Positions 28,591 to 39,298 of a stretch of 47,864 nt of DNA are shown here, piece by piece. The position numbers and the translations under genes are program-made. The notes under the pieces were generated by a model. That model did no database searches. It saw nothing but the letters and a program-made list of their open reading frames with translations, and was not told the DNA's origin. The stretch is taken from positions 1 through 47,864 of the forward strand of contig CAYJBS010000005.1 of assembly GCA_964368435.1 (NCBI GenBank), in the 5' to 3' direction. This DNA is from an uncultured Christensenella sp. Lineage in GTDB: Bacteria > Bacillota > Clostridia > Christensenellales > DTU072. The first letter of the stretch is position 1. The number at the start of each line of letters is the position of its first letter.

Positions 28591-30660
28591 ATGATGACAA
28601 AAGTATACGAGTTGGATAAAATAAGAAACATCGGAATAATGGCGCATATTGACGCCGGAAAGACCACGACCTCTGAAAGGATACTTTTTTATACAAACAA
28701 GGTTCACAAGGTCGGCGAGGTTCATGACGGCACGGCGACAATGGATTGGATGGTGCAGGAACAGGAGAGAGGTATCACCATAGTCTCCGCGGCGACAACG
28801 ACAGAATGGAAGGATTTTTGCATAAATGTCATCGATACCCCGGGACACGTCGACTTCACCGTCGAAGTAGAAAGAAGTTTGAGAGTACTTGACGGCGCAG
28901 TAGCAGTGTTTTGCGCAAAGGGCGGCGTCGAACCGCAATCCGAAACTGTGTGGCGTCAAGCCAACAAATATATGGTGCCGAGAATTGCGTTCATCAATAA
29001 GATGGACATAAACGGCGCAGATTTTGACAATGTTGTGGAAATGATGAGAACCAGATTGCACACAAATCCGGTACCCATAATTCTACCTGTTGGACAAGAA
29101 GACACCTTCGAAGGCATCATTGACGTCATAAAAAACAAAGAAATAAAGTACAACGATGCAAGAGGTTTGGATTTATCCTATGTAGATGTGCCCGAAGCCT
29201 ACAAAGAGCGCGTAGCCGAAGCCAGAGCCAAGATTGAAGAGGTTTGCGCCGATTATGACGACGAATGTATGATGAAAGTGCTTGAAGGCGAACCGCTGAA
29301 CGAAGAAGATATGCTCAAGGCGCTCCGCAAAGCCACAATAGCGTTAAAAATTACTCCCGTAGTATGCGGAACGGCATACAAAAACAAGGGTATTCAGAAA
29401 TTGCTGGATATGATAGTAGCATTGTTGCCCTCGCCGCTTGACATCGAATCGATGAAAGGCACCGACGAAAAAGGCAAAGAGATCGAAAGACACGCCAGTT
29501 TTTCCGAGCCATTGGCAGGACTTGCCTTCAAAATTATGGTAGATCCCTTTGTCGGCAAACTGGCTTTTTACAGAATATACAGCGGTGTGTTGAAGGCGGG
29601 CATGCAGGTTTATAACAGCACCAAACAAAAGAAAGAAAGAATCAGCAGAATTCTCAGAATGCACTCCAACAACAGAACGGAAATCGCCGAGGCAAGCGCC
29701 GGCGATATAGTGGCTCTTGTAGGTCTCAAAGATACGACCACAGGCGACACGCTTTGCGACATTCAAAAGCCAATAATTCTCGAAAGCATGGATTTCCCGG
29801 ATCCCGTTGTAAGAGTGGCTATTGAGCCGAAAACAAAAGTTGGTCAAGAAAAGATGGGACTTGCTTTATCAAAACTTTCGGAAGAGGACCCCACCTTCAA
29901 AACCTATACGGACAGAGAAACGGGTCAGACCATAATAGCCGGAATGGGAGAATTGCATTTGGAAATAATAGTCGATAGACTGTTGCGCGAATTCAAAGTA
30001 GAAGCCAATATCGGTCAACCGCAGGTTGCATATAGAGAAGCAATCAAGAGAGAAGCAACTGCCGAAGGAAAATATGTCAAGCAGTCGGGCGGTAAAGGTC
30101 AATACGGTGTATGCAAAATCATCATCTCGCCTAACGAACAGGGCAAGGGCATCGAATTCCGCGACGAAATCGTCGGCGGCGTCATCCCAAAAGAGTATAT
30201 CAAGCCTGTTGAAGAAGGTATCAGAGAGGCGGCTTTGGGCGGTGTGCTGTTGGGATACGAGATGGTTGACTTCACGGTCAGACTTGTCGACGGCAGCTAC
30301 CATGAAGTTGATAGCAGCGAAATGGCGTTTAAAATTGCCGGTTCAATGGCATTCAAGGAAGCTGCTTTGAAGGCAGATCCCACAGTGCTTGAACCTATGA
30401 TGGAAGTAGAAGTCACGGCTCCTGCGGAATATCTCGGCGCCGTGCTGGGGACTTTATCCTCAAGACGTGGCAGTGTCAAGTCTATGGATGACCGTCACGA
30501 AGCAAAGGTTGTCATCGCTGATGTGCCGCTTTCGGAGATGTTTGGCTACACGACAATACTCAGAAGCGCTACCCAAGGCAGAGGTTTGAGCTCAATGCAA
30601 CTCAAATGTTATACCGAGGTTCCCGCTTTAGAAAGGAAAAAAATGCTTGAGAAAGTATAA
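28591..30660 (+). CDS. fusA: Elongation factor G (somewhat diverged)
   Basis: [37 protein letters not shown]. Confidence 0.97.
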   Translation: MMTKVYELDKIRNIGIMAHIDAGKTTTSERILFYTNKVHKVGEVHDGTATMDWMVQEQERGITIVSAATTTEWKDFCINVIDTPGHVDFTVEVERSLRVLDGAVAVFCAKGGVEPQSETVWRQANKYMVPRIAFINKMDINGADFDNVVEMMRTRLHTNPVPIILPVGQEDTFEGIIDVIKNKEIKYNDARGLDLSYVDVPEAYKERVAEARAKIEEVCADYDDECMMKVLEGEPLNEEDMLKALRKATIALKITPVVCGTAYKNKGIQKLLDMIVALLPSPLDIESMKGTDEKGKEIERHASFSEPLAGLAFKIMVDPFVGKLAFYRIYSGVLKAGMQVYNSTKQKKERISRILRMHSNNRTEIAEASAGDIVALVGLKDTTTGDTLCDIQKPIILESMDFPDPVVRVAIEPKTKVGQEKMGLALSKLSEEDPTFKTYTDRETGQTIIAGMGELHLEIIVDRLLREFKVEANIGQPQVAYREAIKREATAEGKYVKQSGGKGQYGVCKIIISPNEQGKGIEFRDEIVGGVIPKEYIKPVEEGIREAALGGVLLGYEMVDFTVRLVDGSYHEVDSSEMAFKIAGSMAFKEAALKADPTVLEPMMEVEVTAPAEYLGAVLGTLSSRRGSVKSMDDRHEAKVVIADVPLSEMFGYTTILRSATQGRGLSSMQLKCYTEVPALERKKMLEKV

Positions 30661-30720
30661 GATTTTATCGAAAATATAATTATATTAATTATATTTTCCG
30701 CATAAATGATATAAAATCAG

Positions 30721-30749
30721 GTGACAAGACGAATTATATATTATATAAT
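30721..30749 (+). promoter_or_regulatory. Dedicated SigA promoter for tuf
   Basis: GTGACA-17 nt-TATAAT in the AT-rich fusA-tuf spacer. Confidence 0.6.
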
Positions 30750-30795
30750 AGGTATTACAAATATAAGTATGTAAAATTATTGGAGGACATAATAA

Positions 30796-32001
30796 ATGGC
30801 TAAAGCTAAATTTGAAAGAACAAAACCCCATGTAAATGTAGGCACAATAGGCCATGTAGATCATGGTAAGACAACTTTGACTGCTGCTATTACTATGGTA
30901 TCAGCTGCCGCTGGTTTTGCGCAAAGCATCAAGTATGATGAGATCGATAAGGCACCCGAAGAGAAAGCAAGAGGCATCACGATCAACACTTCTCACGTTG
31001 AGTATCAGACCGCCAACAGGCACTATGCTCACGTTGACTGCCCCGGACACGCGGACTATGTCAAGAACATGATTACCGGAGCCGCTCAGATGGACGGCGC
31101 TATTCTTGTTGTTGCTTCGACAGACGGACCTATGCCCCAGACTCGTGAGCATATTCTGCTTGCCAGACAGGTTGGTGTTCCCTATATCGTAGTATTCATG
31201 AACAAAGTTGACCAGGTTGACGATCCCGAGCTTCTCGAGCTTGTCGAAATGGAAGTAAGAGATTTGCTTTCAGAATATGATTTCCCCGGCGACGATATTC
31301 CCATAATCAAGGGTTCTGCTTTGAAGGCTATGGAAGCTTGCGCCGCAGGCAATGCCGATGGCCCCGCTTGCGATTGCATCCGCGAACTTCTTGCTGCTGT
31401 TGACAGCTATATTCCTTCTCCCGAGAGAGACACCGACAAGCCTTTCCTTATGCCTGTCGAAGACGTCTTCACCATCACCGGTCGTGGCACTGTTGCTACG
31501 GGCAGAGTTGAGAGAGGTCAAATAAAGATTCAAGACAAGGTAGAAATCGTTGGTTTGATGGAAAAATCAGTTGAGACGACAGTTACCGGTATCGAAATGT
31601 TCCGTAAGCTGCTTGACTTTGCTCAAGCCGGCGACAATATAGGCGCATTGCTTAGAGGTATCGAACGTAACAACATCGAAAGAGGTCAGGTTCTCGCTAA
31701 GGTTGGCTCCATAAAGCCCCACACTCACTTCAAAGGTCAAGTTTATGTTCTGAAGAAGGAAGAGGGTGGCAGACATACACCGTTCTTCAACGGCTATCGT
31801 CCCCAGTTCTATTTCCGTACAACTGACGTTACCGGTTCCATTCAGCTCCCTGAGGGCGTCGAAATGGTTATGCCCGGCGACAACATCGATATGGAAATCA
31901 AACTTATCACTCCTATCGCTATGGAGAATGGACTACGCTTTGCTATCCGCGAGGGCGGACGCACAGTAGGTTCAGGCGTTGTTACTTCCATTATTGCGTA
32001 A
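30796..32001 (+). CDS. tuf: Elongation factor Tu
   Basis: [35 protein letters not shown]. Confidence 0.99.
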   Translation: MAKAKFERTKPHVNVGTIGHVDHGKTTLTAAITMVSAAAGFAQSIKYDEIDKAPEEKARGITINTSHVEYQTANRHYAHVDCPGHADYVKNMITGAAQMDGAILVVASTDGPMPQTREHILLARQVGVPYIVVFMNKVDQVDDPELLELVEMEVRDLLSEYDFPGDDIPIIKGSALKAMEACAAGNADGPACDCIRELLAAVDSYIPSPERDTDKPFLMPVEDVFTITGRGTVATGRVERGQIKIQDKVEIVGLMEKSVETTVTGIEMFRKLLDFAQAGDNIGALLRGIERNNIERGQVLAKVGSIKPHTHFKGQVYVLKKEEGGRHTPFFNGYRPQFYFRTTDVTGSIQLPEGVEMVMPGDNIDMEIKLITPIAMENGLRFAIREGGRTVGSGVVTSIIA

Positions 32002-32023
32002 CAATCCAAGAAAACTAACAAAT

Positions 32024-32056
32024 AAAACAGGTCGGTTATGCTGACCTGTTTTTTTA
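32024..32056. terminator. Bidirectional terminator after tuf
   Basis: aaaacaggtcgg-ttatg-ctgacctgttttttt. Confidence 0.85.
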
Positions 32057-32196
32057 TGTATAATTTCAGGTTTGGCATCACGGCTCTTCAAAAAGCATTT
32101 TCCGCAACTCAACGCCACTGCGCTTCCTTCGACAAGCGCCGCCAATGCAGCTAGGTTCGATATAAACAAATGGTTGGAAATAAAAAATATTTATGA

Positions 32197-32697
32197 CTAC
32201 TTTTTTACTGCAGGTGTGATGTCGTAAGGCCCTTTTGACAGTTCTTTTATGAAAAGCGCTCGAATATAGCCTCGATCAAAGGTAGTCGAGTGTACAAAAA
32301 AATCTTTGCCGTAATAATATCTTGCCAGCTTGAAATACTTCGTGTTGGTGTGCAGAGCAATGGCTTTTACGCCCAGCTCCTCGCACTCTTCGATTGCATA
32401 GGATAGCAGAGAACTGCCTACGCCTGTGCCGCTTTCTTCGGGAGAAACGGCAAAACGATAGATATATGCCAGTTCGTCCGTCAATTTTTCGATTCTGATA
32501 CAGCCGATAATGACGCCGTGACGCACAGCGGCGATGACGATACGGTTGTTTATGTCGTTTATGACATCTTCTTGGGTCTCTTTCAGCGCGGATACCGTGA
32601 CGGTGTCATTTAATTGTTCTTTATATTGGCGGAACGCGCGAAGAGTCAACTCGTTTATTTCCTTGGCTTGGGATAGCTTGGCGGGAACTATTTTCAT
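32197..32697 (-). CDS. GNAT-family N-acetyltransferase in the arg operon
   Basis: Start reassigned to MKIVPAKL (SD aggtg, 8 nt after the argB stop); RFAVSPEESGTGVGSSLL acetyl-CoA motif A. Confidence 0.85.
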   Translation of the reverse strand: MKIVPAKLSQAKEINELTLRAFRQYKEQLNDTVTVSALKETQEDVINDINNRIVIAAVRHGVIIGCIRIEKLTDELAYIYRFAVSPEESGTGVGSSLLSYAIEECEELGVKAIALHTNTKYFKLARYYYGKDFFVHSTTFDRGYIRALFIKELSKGPYDITPAVKK

Positions 32698-32705
32698 CTT
32701 TACAC

Positions 32706-33563
32706 CTATTTTGTAATCATAGTGCCGATACCCGAATCTGTGAAGATTTCGAGCATGACAGGGTGGGGAATGCTGCCGTTTATGATATGTACGCAATTTA
32801 TGCCGTTTTCGACACCTTGTATACAGGCGTTGACTTTGGGGATCATACCGCCGTCAATGCTGCCTTCGGCTACCATTTTCTTCAAATCGGCGATAGCGGC
32901 GAAATGAAGCAAAGTGCTTTTATCGTTTTTGTCGGCGAAAACTCCGTCGGTATCGGTGAGATAAATGAGTTTTTCTGCACGCAACGCCACGGCTATTTCT
33001 GCGGCGGCAGTGTCGGCGTTTATGTTATAGCTGTTGCCCTCCGAATCGGTGCCTACGGTAGCTATGACTGGCACAAACTCGTCATTTATCAGCAATTCAA
33101 GCAATTTTGTGTTTATTTTCTTGACACTGCCGACATATCCCAGATCAAAACCGTCCGAAGCATTCATCTTCTCGACTTCAATAAGGTTGGCGTCCTTGCC
33201 ACATATGCCCAGAGCCTTGACGCCGAGGGTATTCATTTTTGCCGTAATGTCCTTGTTGAGTTTTCCGCAAAGCACCATTTGCACTACTTCTATGGCATCT
33301 TTCGAGGTGACACGCAAACCGCCGTGAAAGCTTGATTCAATATCAAGTTTTTTCAAATAATGGTTTATTTCCGGTCCGCCGCCATGCACAAGGATGGGGT
33401 TTACGCCGACTATTTTCAGCATCGCAACATCTTGAAGCACTGTATTCTCGTTGATGTTCATTGCATTACCGCCGTATTTGATGACGACCGTCTTTTTTGC
33501 CAGTTTGTTTATGTATGGCAACGCTTCGGCAAGTATGTTGGCTTTTTCGATAAGTTTATTCAT
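32706..33563 (-). CDS. argB: Acetylglutamate kinase
   Basis: VIKYGGNAM, VHGGGPEI, GLRVT, NINAD, GGMIPK. Confidence 0.97.
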   Translation of the reverse strand: MNKLIEKANILAEALPYINKLAKKTVVIKYGGNAMNINENTVLQDVAMLKIVGVNPILVHGGGPEINHYLKKLDIESSFHGGLRVTSKDAIEVVQMVLCGKLNKDITAKMNTLGVKALGICGKDANLIEVEKMNASDGFDLGYVGSVKKINTKLLELLINDEFVPVIATVGTDSEGNSYNINADTAAAEIAVALRAEKLIYLTDTDGVFADKNDKSTLLHFAAIADLKKMVAEGSIDGGMIPKVNACIQGVENGINCVHIINGSIPHPVMLEIFTDSGIGTMITK

Positions 33564-33565
33564 TT

Positions 33566-34603
33566 TTATAGGTACCTCGCAACAAAATTCAGTCCTACTG
33601 TTTCATTCAAGCCGAACATAAGATTCATATTCTGCACCGCCTGTCCGCTGGCGCCCTTGACAAGATTGTCCAAACAAGAGACGACAATAAGGCGGTTGAG
33701 ACGCTTGTCCTTGATAAAGCCTATTTGTACGTTGTTACTGCCGGCGATGTTCTTGATTTCGGGCAGCATTCCTTGACTCAAAATGTGAACAAATGGCTCA
33801 TTTTTGTAAAAATCGTTATAAATCTTTTCGATATCGGCATCAAAATCTGTCAAATCGCAATATATCGTAGACAATATTCCGCGCTTTATAGGCAACAGGT
33901 GCGGAGAAAAACTCAACAATATTGGTTGAGCGTATGCCTCCGACAACCTCTCTTCTATTTCGGAGGTGTGGCGGTGTGTCGTCAAAGCGTATGCCTTAAA
34001 GTTTTCGGCGGATTCCGTCATAATATAATTAATGTCGGCTTTTCTTCCTGCTCCGCTGACGCCGCTTTTTGCATCGATAATGATGTTTTTGCCGCTGATA
34101 ACCTTGTTTTTCAACAGCGGATACAGCGCCGTAATGGCACAAGTGGTATAACAGCCGGGGTTTGCGACAAGACTTGCGTTTTTGATTTCTTCGCGGTATA
34201 TTTCGCACAAGCCGTATACGCTTTTGGGAGCAATGTCGGCTCTGGGATGAGTGATCTTATAGGTAGATTTATACTTTGACAAATCTTTATATCTGAAATC
34301 GGCACTTAAATCAATGACTTTTATGCCCAAATCATAATACTTTCCTGCCATCGCTGCGCTTTCTCCGTGAGGAAGCGCAAGGAAAACTATGTCGCTTTCT
34401 GCGGCGATCTCTTCAATGCTGTCGTTTGAAAAATTCTTTTCCACTTTGCCCATAAGCGAAGGATAAAGCTTCGTGACAGGCATGCCGTCATTTGAACGGG
34501 AAACAAGTTTGTTCAGCGTGACATTGGGATGATTGCACAGGATGTTTATCAACTCAAGTCCCGTATAACCGTTGGCGCCAATGATGCTTGCATTAATATT
34601 CAT
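33566..34603 (-). CDS. argC: N-acetyl-gamma-glutamyl-phosphate reductase
   Basis: GANGYTG, ANPGCY, KSGVSGAGR, HRH, DNLVKGASGQAVQNMN. Confidence 0.97.
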   Translation of the reverse strand: MNINASIIGANGYTGLELINILCNHPNVTLNKLVSRSNDGMPVTKLYPSLMGKVEKNFSNDSIEEIAAESDIVFLALPHGESAAMAGKYYDLGIKVIDLSADFRYKDLSKYKSTYKITHPRADIAPKSVYGLCEIYREEIKNASLVANPGCYTTCAITALYPLLKNKVISGKNIIIDAKSGVSGAGRKADINYIMTESAENFKAYALTTHRHTSEIEERLSEAYAQPILLSFSPHLLPIKRGILSTIYCDLTDFDADIEKIYNDFYKNEPFVHILSQGMLPEIKNIAGSNNVQIGFIKDKRLNRLIVVSCLDNLVKGASGQAVQNMNLMFGLNETVGLNFVARYL

Positions 34604-34625
34604 TATTCACCTCTAATATTTATCA

Positions 34626-34676
34626 ATTATACAAAATTTGCCGATTATATGCAAGCATTCTGCATATATATACAAA
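34626..34676 (-). promoter_or_regulatory. argC promoter with adjacent putative ARG box
   Basis: Minus strand TTGCAT-17 nt-TATAAT; TGCATATATATACA (34661-34674) matches the ArgR palindrome TGMAT-W4-ATKCA with one mismatch. Confidence 0.6.
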
Positions 34677-34678
34677 CA

Positions 34679-35272
34679 TTATTTCATTGAAAATATGCAA
34701 CCGCAATAATTTTGACGATAAAGTTTGAAGTCTCGACTGAGTTCTATGCTGCGAAGATATCCGCCTCTTTTTTTGAAATCCGAAAATAGGAAAGAAACAC
34801 CGTATTTCTTGGCAAGCTCTGCGCCTGCCTGATTGATAAACTCGGCATTTTTTAGCGGGCTGACAGACAGCGTGGTAGTAAAAAAATCAAAACCGTTGTT
34901 GGCGGCGAAATTTGCCGCTTTTTCCATGCGCATTTTTATGCATATTCTGCACCGCGCCCCACCCTCCGGTTCATTTTCATAACCTGAAACATTCTCGAAA
35001 AATTCTTTCGATATATATTCTTCTTCAATGATTTTTATGTCGCTACCCATCTCTGAAACCAGCCGACACTGTTCGGCTGCTCTTTTGTCGAATTCTTCTT
35101 GGGTGTTTATGTTGGGGTTGTAATAATATACGGTAATGTCAAAATGTTTCAGCAGTTGTTCCAGACAAGAACTGCTGCACGGAGCGCAACAGCTGTGCAA
35201 AAGCAGTTTTGGACGGGCAGTAAGTCCGCCGACAATCTTTTCCATTTCTTTGTGATAATTTCTTTTTATCAT
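34679..35272 (-). CDS. queH: Epoxyqueuosine reductase QueH (DUF208)
   Basis: LLLHSCCAPCS, YYNPNI, RCRIC, TTLSVSPLK, YRQNYCGC; start reassigned to MIKRNY. Confidence 0.92.
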   Translation of the reverse strand: MIKRNYHKEMEKIVGGLTARPKLLLHSCCAPCSSSCLEQLLKHFDITVYYYNPNINTQEEFDKRAAEQCRLVSEMGSDIKIIEEEYISKEFFENVSGYENEPEGGARCRICIKMRMEKAANFAANNGFDFFTTTLSVSPLKNAEFINQAGAELAKKYGVSFLFSDFKKRGGYLRSIELSRDFKLYRQNYCGCIFSMK

Positions 35273-35388
35273 ATTGTTAGTATAGCACAATTTCTGTCCG
35301 TACAAGGTATTTTTGATAGAAATCATAACGTTTGTGTTTTTCTGGCAAATGTTATATAATATTGTAGATATAGGAAAAGGAGAAAGAA

Positions 35389-35784
35389 ATGAAAGTAAAA
35401 AAGGTTGCCGTTGTTTTATGTATGCTGCTTGTCGCAGTGCTGCTTGTTTCTTGTACCTATGGCAGTTATGTCACGAAAAAATCGGTAAAGCAATTCGGTT
35501 CGAATTCTATGTACATGCGCTACGAAAGTTTTTCGGGACAACTATACCGCAAATTTAAACTTAATCAAGGCGAAAAGCTCCCGCTTTTCATAAGCACAAA
35601 GACAGAATCAGGCAATCTGATGATTGAGCTGATTGACGAATATGACACCGTTTTCGTATCCTACGATACAGAATATGACCAAACTAAGCGTACTGAGTTT
35701 GTTGCGGAAGAGAAGGGTGTATACCGTCTTCGCATAAAAGGCGAGCATAGCGGCAGCTTCGACATAACGTGGCAAAAAGAATAA
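35389..35784 (+). CDS. Putative lipoprotein, beta-rich domain
   Basis: Basic N-terminus, hydrophobic stretch, lipobox LLVSC; SD aaggag. Confidence 0.75.
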   Translation: MKVKKVAVVLCMLLVAVLLVSCTYGSYVTKKSVKQFGSNSMYMRYESFSGQLYRKFKLNQGEKLPLFISTKTESGNLMIELIDEYDTVFVSYDTEYDQTKRTEFVAEEKGVYRLRIKGEHSGSFDITWQKE

Positions 35785-35839
35785 ACTTCGCAAGTTTCGG
35801 AGATAACATAAATATCAAATCTATTAATAAGGGGAAAAA

Positions 35840-36721
35840 ATGGAATTGAATTATCAAGCAAAATTTCTAGAGATGGAAAGCAAAGGTTGCCCTGTTGTGG
35901 CGCTTTGTTATGATTTCGACAAAACGCTGTCGCCAAAAGACATGCAGGAGTACGGCTTTATCGAAAGATTGGCTATGACTCCCGATGAATTTTGGAGTCT
36001 TTCGAACGATTTGGTCGAACATAGGGGCATGGACATGATAATGGCGTACATGTATACTATGATTTTTGAAGCAAAAAAGCGCAATATCGACATTACAAAG
36101 CAAGATATGTGGGAGCTAGGCACAAAAATCGGACTTTTCAAGGGTGTTGACAGCTGGTTCGACAGAATAAACGATTTTGGCGTCAAAAACGGTGTTATTA
36201 CCGAACATTATATCATTTCATCGGGACTTGAAGAGATTATCGGCGGCATAAGCATTGCCGATGAGTTCAAAAGAATATATGCTTCAAGCTTTTTCTATGA
36301 CAGTGAGGGCAAGGCGATTTGGCCGAGAAAAGCCGTCAATGCCACGACAAAAACGCAATATTTGTTCAGAATTAACAAAAATATAGGTACAGAGGACGTA
36401 AATGTATATATGCCCGATGACCGCAGAAGGGTGCCTTTCACCCATTTTATTTATATCGGCGACAGCATGACCGACATACCTTGTATGCGTCTCATAAAGT
36501 CTTATGGCGGCAATTCAGTGGGAGTTTATAATCCGGAAGACGCCCAAGCGCAAGAAACAGTAAAAAAACTGCTCCGCGAATGCCGCATAAATTATTATGC
36601 TCCGACTGATTATTCAACGGGCGGCAGTCTTGAGGATATTATCCATAAAATAATTTTGGACATAAAGACAAGACACGACCTGCTGCGCATCACCCGTTTG
36701 CAAACTGCCGGCACTGCTTAA
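35840..36721 (+). CDS. HAD-superfamily hydrolase
   Basis: Motif I YDFDKTL, motif II IISSG, K in TTKTQY, motif IV IGDSMTD. Confidence 0.88.
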   Translation: MELNYQAKFLEMESKGCPVVALCYDFDKTLSPKDMQEYGFIERLAMTPDEFWSLSNDLVEHRGMDMIMAYMYTMIFEAKKRNIDITKQDMWELGTKIGLFKGVDSWFDRINDFGVKNGVITEHYIISSGLEEIIGGISIADEFKRIYASSFFYDSEGKAIWPRKAVNATTKTQYLFRINKNIGTEDVNVYMPDDRRRVPFTHFIYIGDSMTDIPCMRLIKSYGGNSVGVYNPEDAQAQETVKKLLRECRINYYAPTDYSTGGSLEDIIHKIILDIKTRHDLLRITRLQTAGTA

Positions 36722-36784
36722 TAACTGCAATTTTGTCGAAACATCGTCATTTTTTGACCTATATTTTGACATACATAATCTTTG

Positions 36785-36813
36785 TTGACATCAAAATGCC
36801 GCAATGATATAAT
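36785..36813 (+). promoter_or_regulatory. Consensus SigA promoter of the ABC operon
   Basis: TTGACA-17 nt-TATAAT with TG extension. Confidence 0.8.
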
Positions 36814-36869
36814 ATGTATAATAAAAATAAAAAGCCCACAAGGAGTGACTCTCCTTGTTAAGGATATAA

Positions 36870-37592
36870 ATGTTAGAGATTAATCATTTACATAAAAGGT
36901 ATCTGCATTGTGACAGCTATGCTGTCGAGGACTTGAATTTGGAGCTGAAAGAGGGGGAAGTTTTTGGCTTTCTCGGCATGAACGGCGCCGGAAAGTCCAC
37001 CACCATAAAATGCCTGACGGGTATTTATCCCTTCAATAGCGGCGAAATAAAAATTTGCGGACACGACATAACGAAAGATCCCATAAACGCAAAATTGAAT
37101 ATGGGTTATGTCCCCGACAACCATTCAGTCTACGAGAAGTTTACGGGCAGAGAGTACGTAAACTATATTGCCGACCTTTATCGTGTGGACAAGCCCCGAC
37201 GAGAGGAGCAACTGAACAAGTTTGCCAAACTCTTCCGCTTGACCAAGGCTCTTGACAAACAAATAAAATCATATTCTCACGGCATGAAGCAAAAAATATG
37301 CATTATCGCCGCGTTGATACATTCACCCAAACTTTGGGTGCTTGATGAGCCCATGATGGGACTTGACCCTCAATCAATGGTAGAAATCATAAAATACATG
37401 AAAGTACATTGTGAGCAAGGCAATACCGTATTCTTTTCTTCGCACAACCTCGACCTTGTGGCAAAGCTGTGCGACAGAGCCGCCATCATAAACGCAGGCA
37501 AGCTCCATTGCATAATCGATCTTCACGAGGCAGGTAACAAAGAAGCGCTGGAAGAGAATTTCCTTCGTATCACAGCCAGTGAGGAGGAATAA
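36870..37592 (+). CDS. ABC-2-type exporter ATP-binding protein
   Basis: GMNGAGKST, YSHGMKQK signature, LDEPMMGLDP, SSH. Confidence 0.95.
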   Translation: MLEINHLHKRYLHCDSYAVEDLNLELKEGEVFGFLGMNGAGKSTTIKCLTGIYPFNSGEIKICGHDITKDPINAKLNMGYVPDNHSVYEKFTGREYVNYIADLYRVDKPRREEQLNKFAKLFRLTKALDKQIKSYSHGMKQKICIIAALIHSPKLWVLDEPMMGLDPQSMVEIIKYMKVHCEQGNTVFFSSHNLDLVAKLCDRAAIINAGKLHCIIDLHEAGNKEALEENFLRITASEEE

Positions 37593-37597
37593 AAACA

Positions 37598-39289
37598 ATG
37601 CATAATGTTCTGACCCTCATCAAAATGGAATTCATAAACCGTTTTGGCAAGGTTGGCATAAAAGACACAAAAGCCATAATCAAAGCTGTTTTTTCCGTCA
37701 TCCTTTTCGCCGCGGTGTTTGCTTTTACATATTGGGCAGCCAAGGTGTTTTTCAGTATGTTCGACAAAGCGGGACTTACGTATGAAGTTCTCGTTTTGTT
37801 TTTTACAGTCATTTTTGTATTCTTGCTTTTTACGAACATCAGTTCGACGATCAAGGTGCTTTATTATAAGGGCGACAATGAGATACTTATACGCTTTCCT
37901 GTCGCAGGCTGGGAGGTGTTCTGGGCAAAGACGATTTATTTGCTGGTTTCACAGCTTGTCATAACCTCGCTGATTCTCATACCTTTCTTGATTGCCTACG
38001 GCAAAGTAGTATTAGCCGGCGGAATGTATTATGGCGCAATACCTTTTGTTGTGCTGTTTATGGTGCTGGTGCCCTTTTTTATCTCGAACATCCTTGCCAT
38101 ACCGTTTATGCAGCTCAGCAACTCCATAAGACACAAGTTCGGCATGATTATTGTGGCTCTCGCTGTGTTGATGACAGCGATATTTTTTGTTTATACGCTA
38201 CTTTTTGAGAAAGCCGTAGTTTATTTGCGCGATGAGCAGACCTTTTCGGTTTTTGATGACAATACAATTATGCTCATAGGCAACATGATAAGATATTTCA
38301 TCCCGACAAAGTATTTTGCCGGAATGATGCTGGGACAATTCGAAGTTACTAGGATAATAAACAGAGAAACAATCGTGACGCTTGTCGGAGACAACAGAGC
38401 GCTCAGCTTTTCTGCGCTTATTGTGCTTTTGGAACTTGCCATAATCGGTTCTTGTCTCGTCATCAAATTTCTTTACCAAAAGACGCTGCTTGCCAACATA
38501 GAAATAGACGGCAGCGCCTACACTAAACTGACAAAAAACAAGGTGCGCCCGATTTTTTGGACGCTGCTCCACAAAGAATTCATACAGGTTTTCCGTTCGG
38601 TGAACTATTCGTTCCAGTATTTTGTTTTGGCTTGTTCCATGCCCGTAATGGTCTTTTTCTGCAATCGCATTGCCATTAGCATAGGGCTGAACGACATCGG
38701 CAACAAAATAGTGCCGGGATTGACATTATTGATAATGTTGATTTTCAACACCGTCATCATTTCCTTCTCTGCGTCATCTATCACCAGAGAGGGCAGCAAC
38801 TTTTATCACACAAAGGTTATGCCTGTACCCATAAGAACACAGCTTTCCGTGAAATTCATCATGTATTTCTTGGTTTCCTTTATTGCAAACACTGTCACAA
38901 CCGCCATAATCATCTTCACCAAACAAATGGAAGTTGACGGCGGCGGCATAGAATTTGTCAAGCCTCTTGCCATATATGCTATTTCATTGCTTGTTTCCAT
39001 CGGCTTGACGCTTTATTCGATGAAAATAGACATCATTCGTCCACGCTTTAATCTCAGCGGTGACGGCGAGTTGGTCAGCAACAACGCCAATACTACGAAT
39101 TCAGTGCTTATGGGCTTGGTTTTAGCTGTGCTTTTCGGCGTGGTAGGTATGCTGATGCCGTATGTTTTCGGCAACCTCGGCTTGAAGTTGATGTTTTATG
39201 TTCTTCTTAGCGGAGCGGCGATATTCTTTATTTTCTCGCTGCTGTTTTATTACATAAAACTTACCGCTACATATAATAAGATTGTGTAG
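37598..39289 (+). CDS. ABC exporter permease (multi-TM, duplicated halves)
   Basis: About 12-14 TM; LLHKEFIQVFR and SITREGSNF motifs typical of Firmicute ABC-2 permeases. Confidence 0.85.
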   Translation: MHNVLTLIKMEFINRFGKVGIKDTKAIIKAVFSVILFAAVFAFTYWAAKVFFSMFDKAGLTYEVLVLFFTVIFVFLLFTNISSTIKVLYYKGDNEILIRFPVAGWEVFWAKTIYLLVSQLVITSLILIPFLIAYGKVVLAGGMYYGAIPFVVLFMVLVPFFISNILAIPFMQLSNSIRHKFGMIIVALAVLMTAIFFVYTLLFEKAVVYLRDEQTFSVFDDNTIMLIGNMIRYFIPTKYFAGMMLGQFEVTRIINRETIVTLVGDNRALSFSALIVLLELAIIGSCLVIKFLYQKTLLANIEIDGSAYTKLTKNKVRPIFWTLLHKEFIQVFRSVNYSFQYFVLACSMPVMVFFCNRIAISIGLNDIGNKIVPGLTLLIMLIFNTVIISFSASSITREGSNFYHTKVMPVPIRTQLSVKFIMYFLVSFIANTVTTAIIIFTKQMEVDGGGIEFVKPLAIYAISLLVSIGLTLYSMKIDIIRPRFNLSGDGELVSNNANTTNSVLMGLVLAVLFGVVGMLMPYVFGNLGLKLMFYVLLSGAAIFFIFSLLFYYIKLTATYNKIV

Positions 39290-39298
39290 AAGGTGCAT

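Noticed and set aside
32060-32196. tRNA or sRNA between tuf and the GNAT gene
   Set aside because: Contains ggttcga but no convincing cloverleaf or acceptor stem; no tRNA or rRNA identified anywhere in the window.
32698-32796. N-terminal 33 aa of the 199-aa GNAT ORF as listed in the track
   Set aside because: Overlaps argB; the internal ATG at 32697 has an SD and gives a normal GNAT length.
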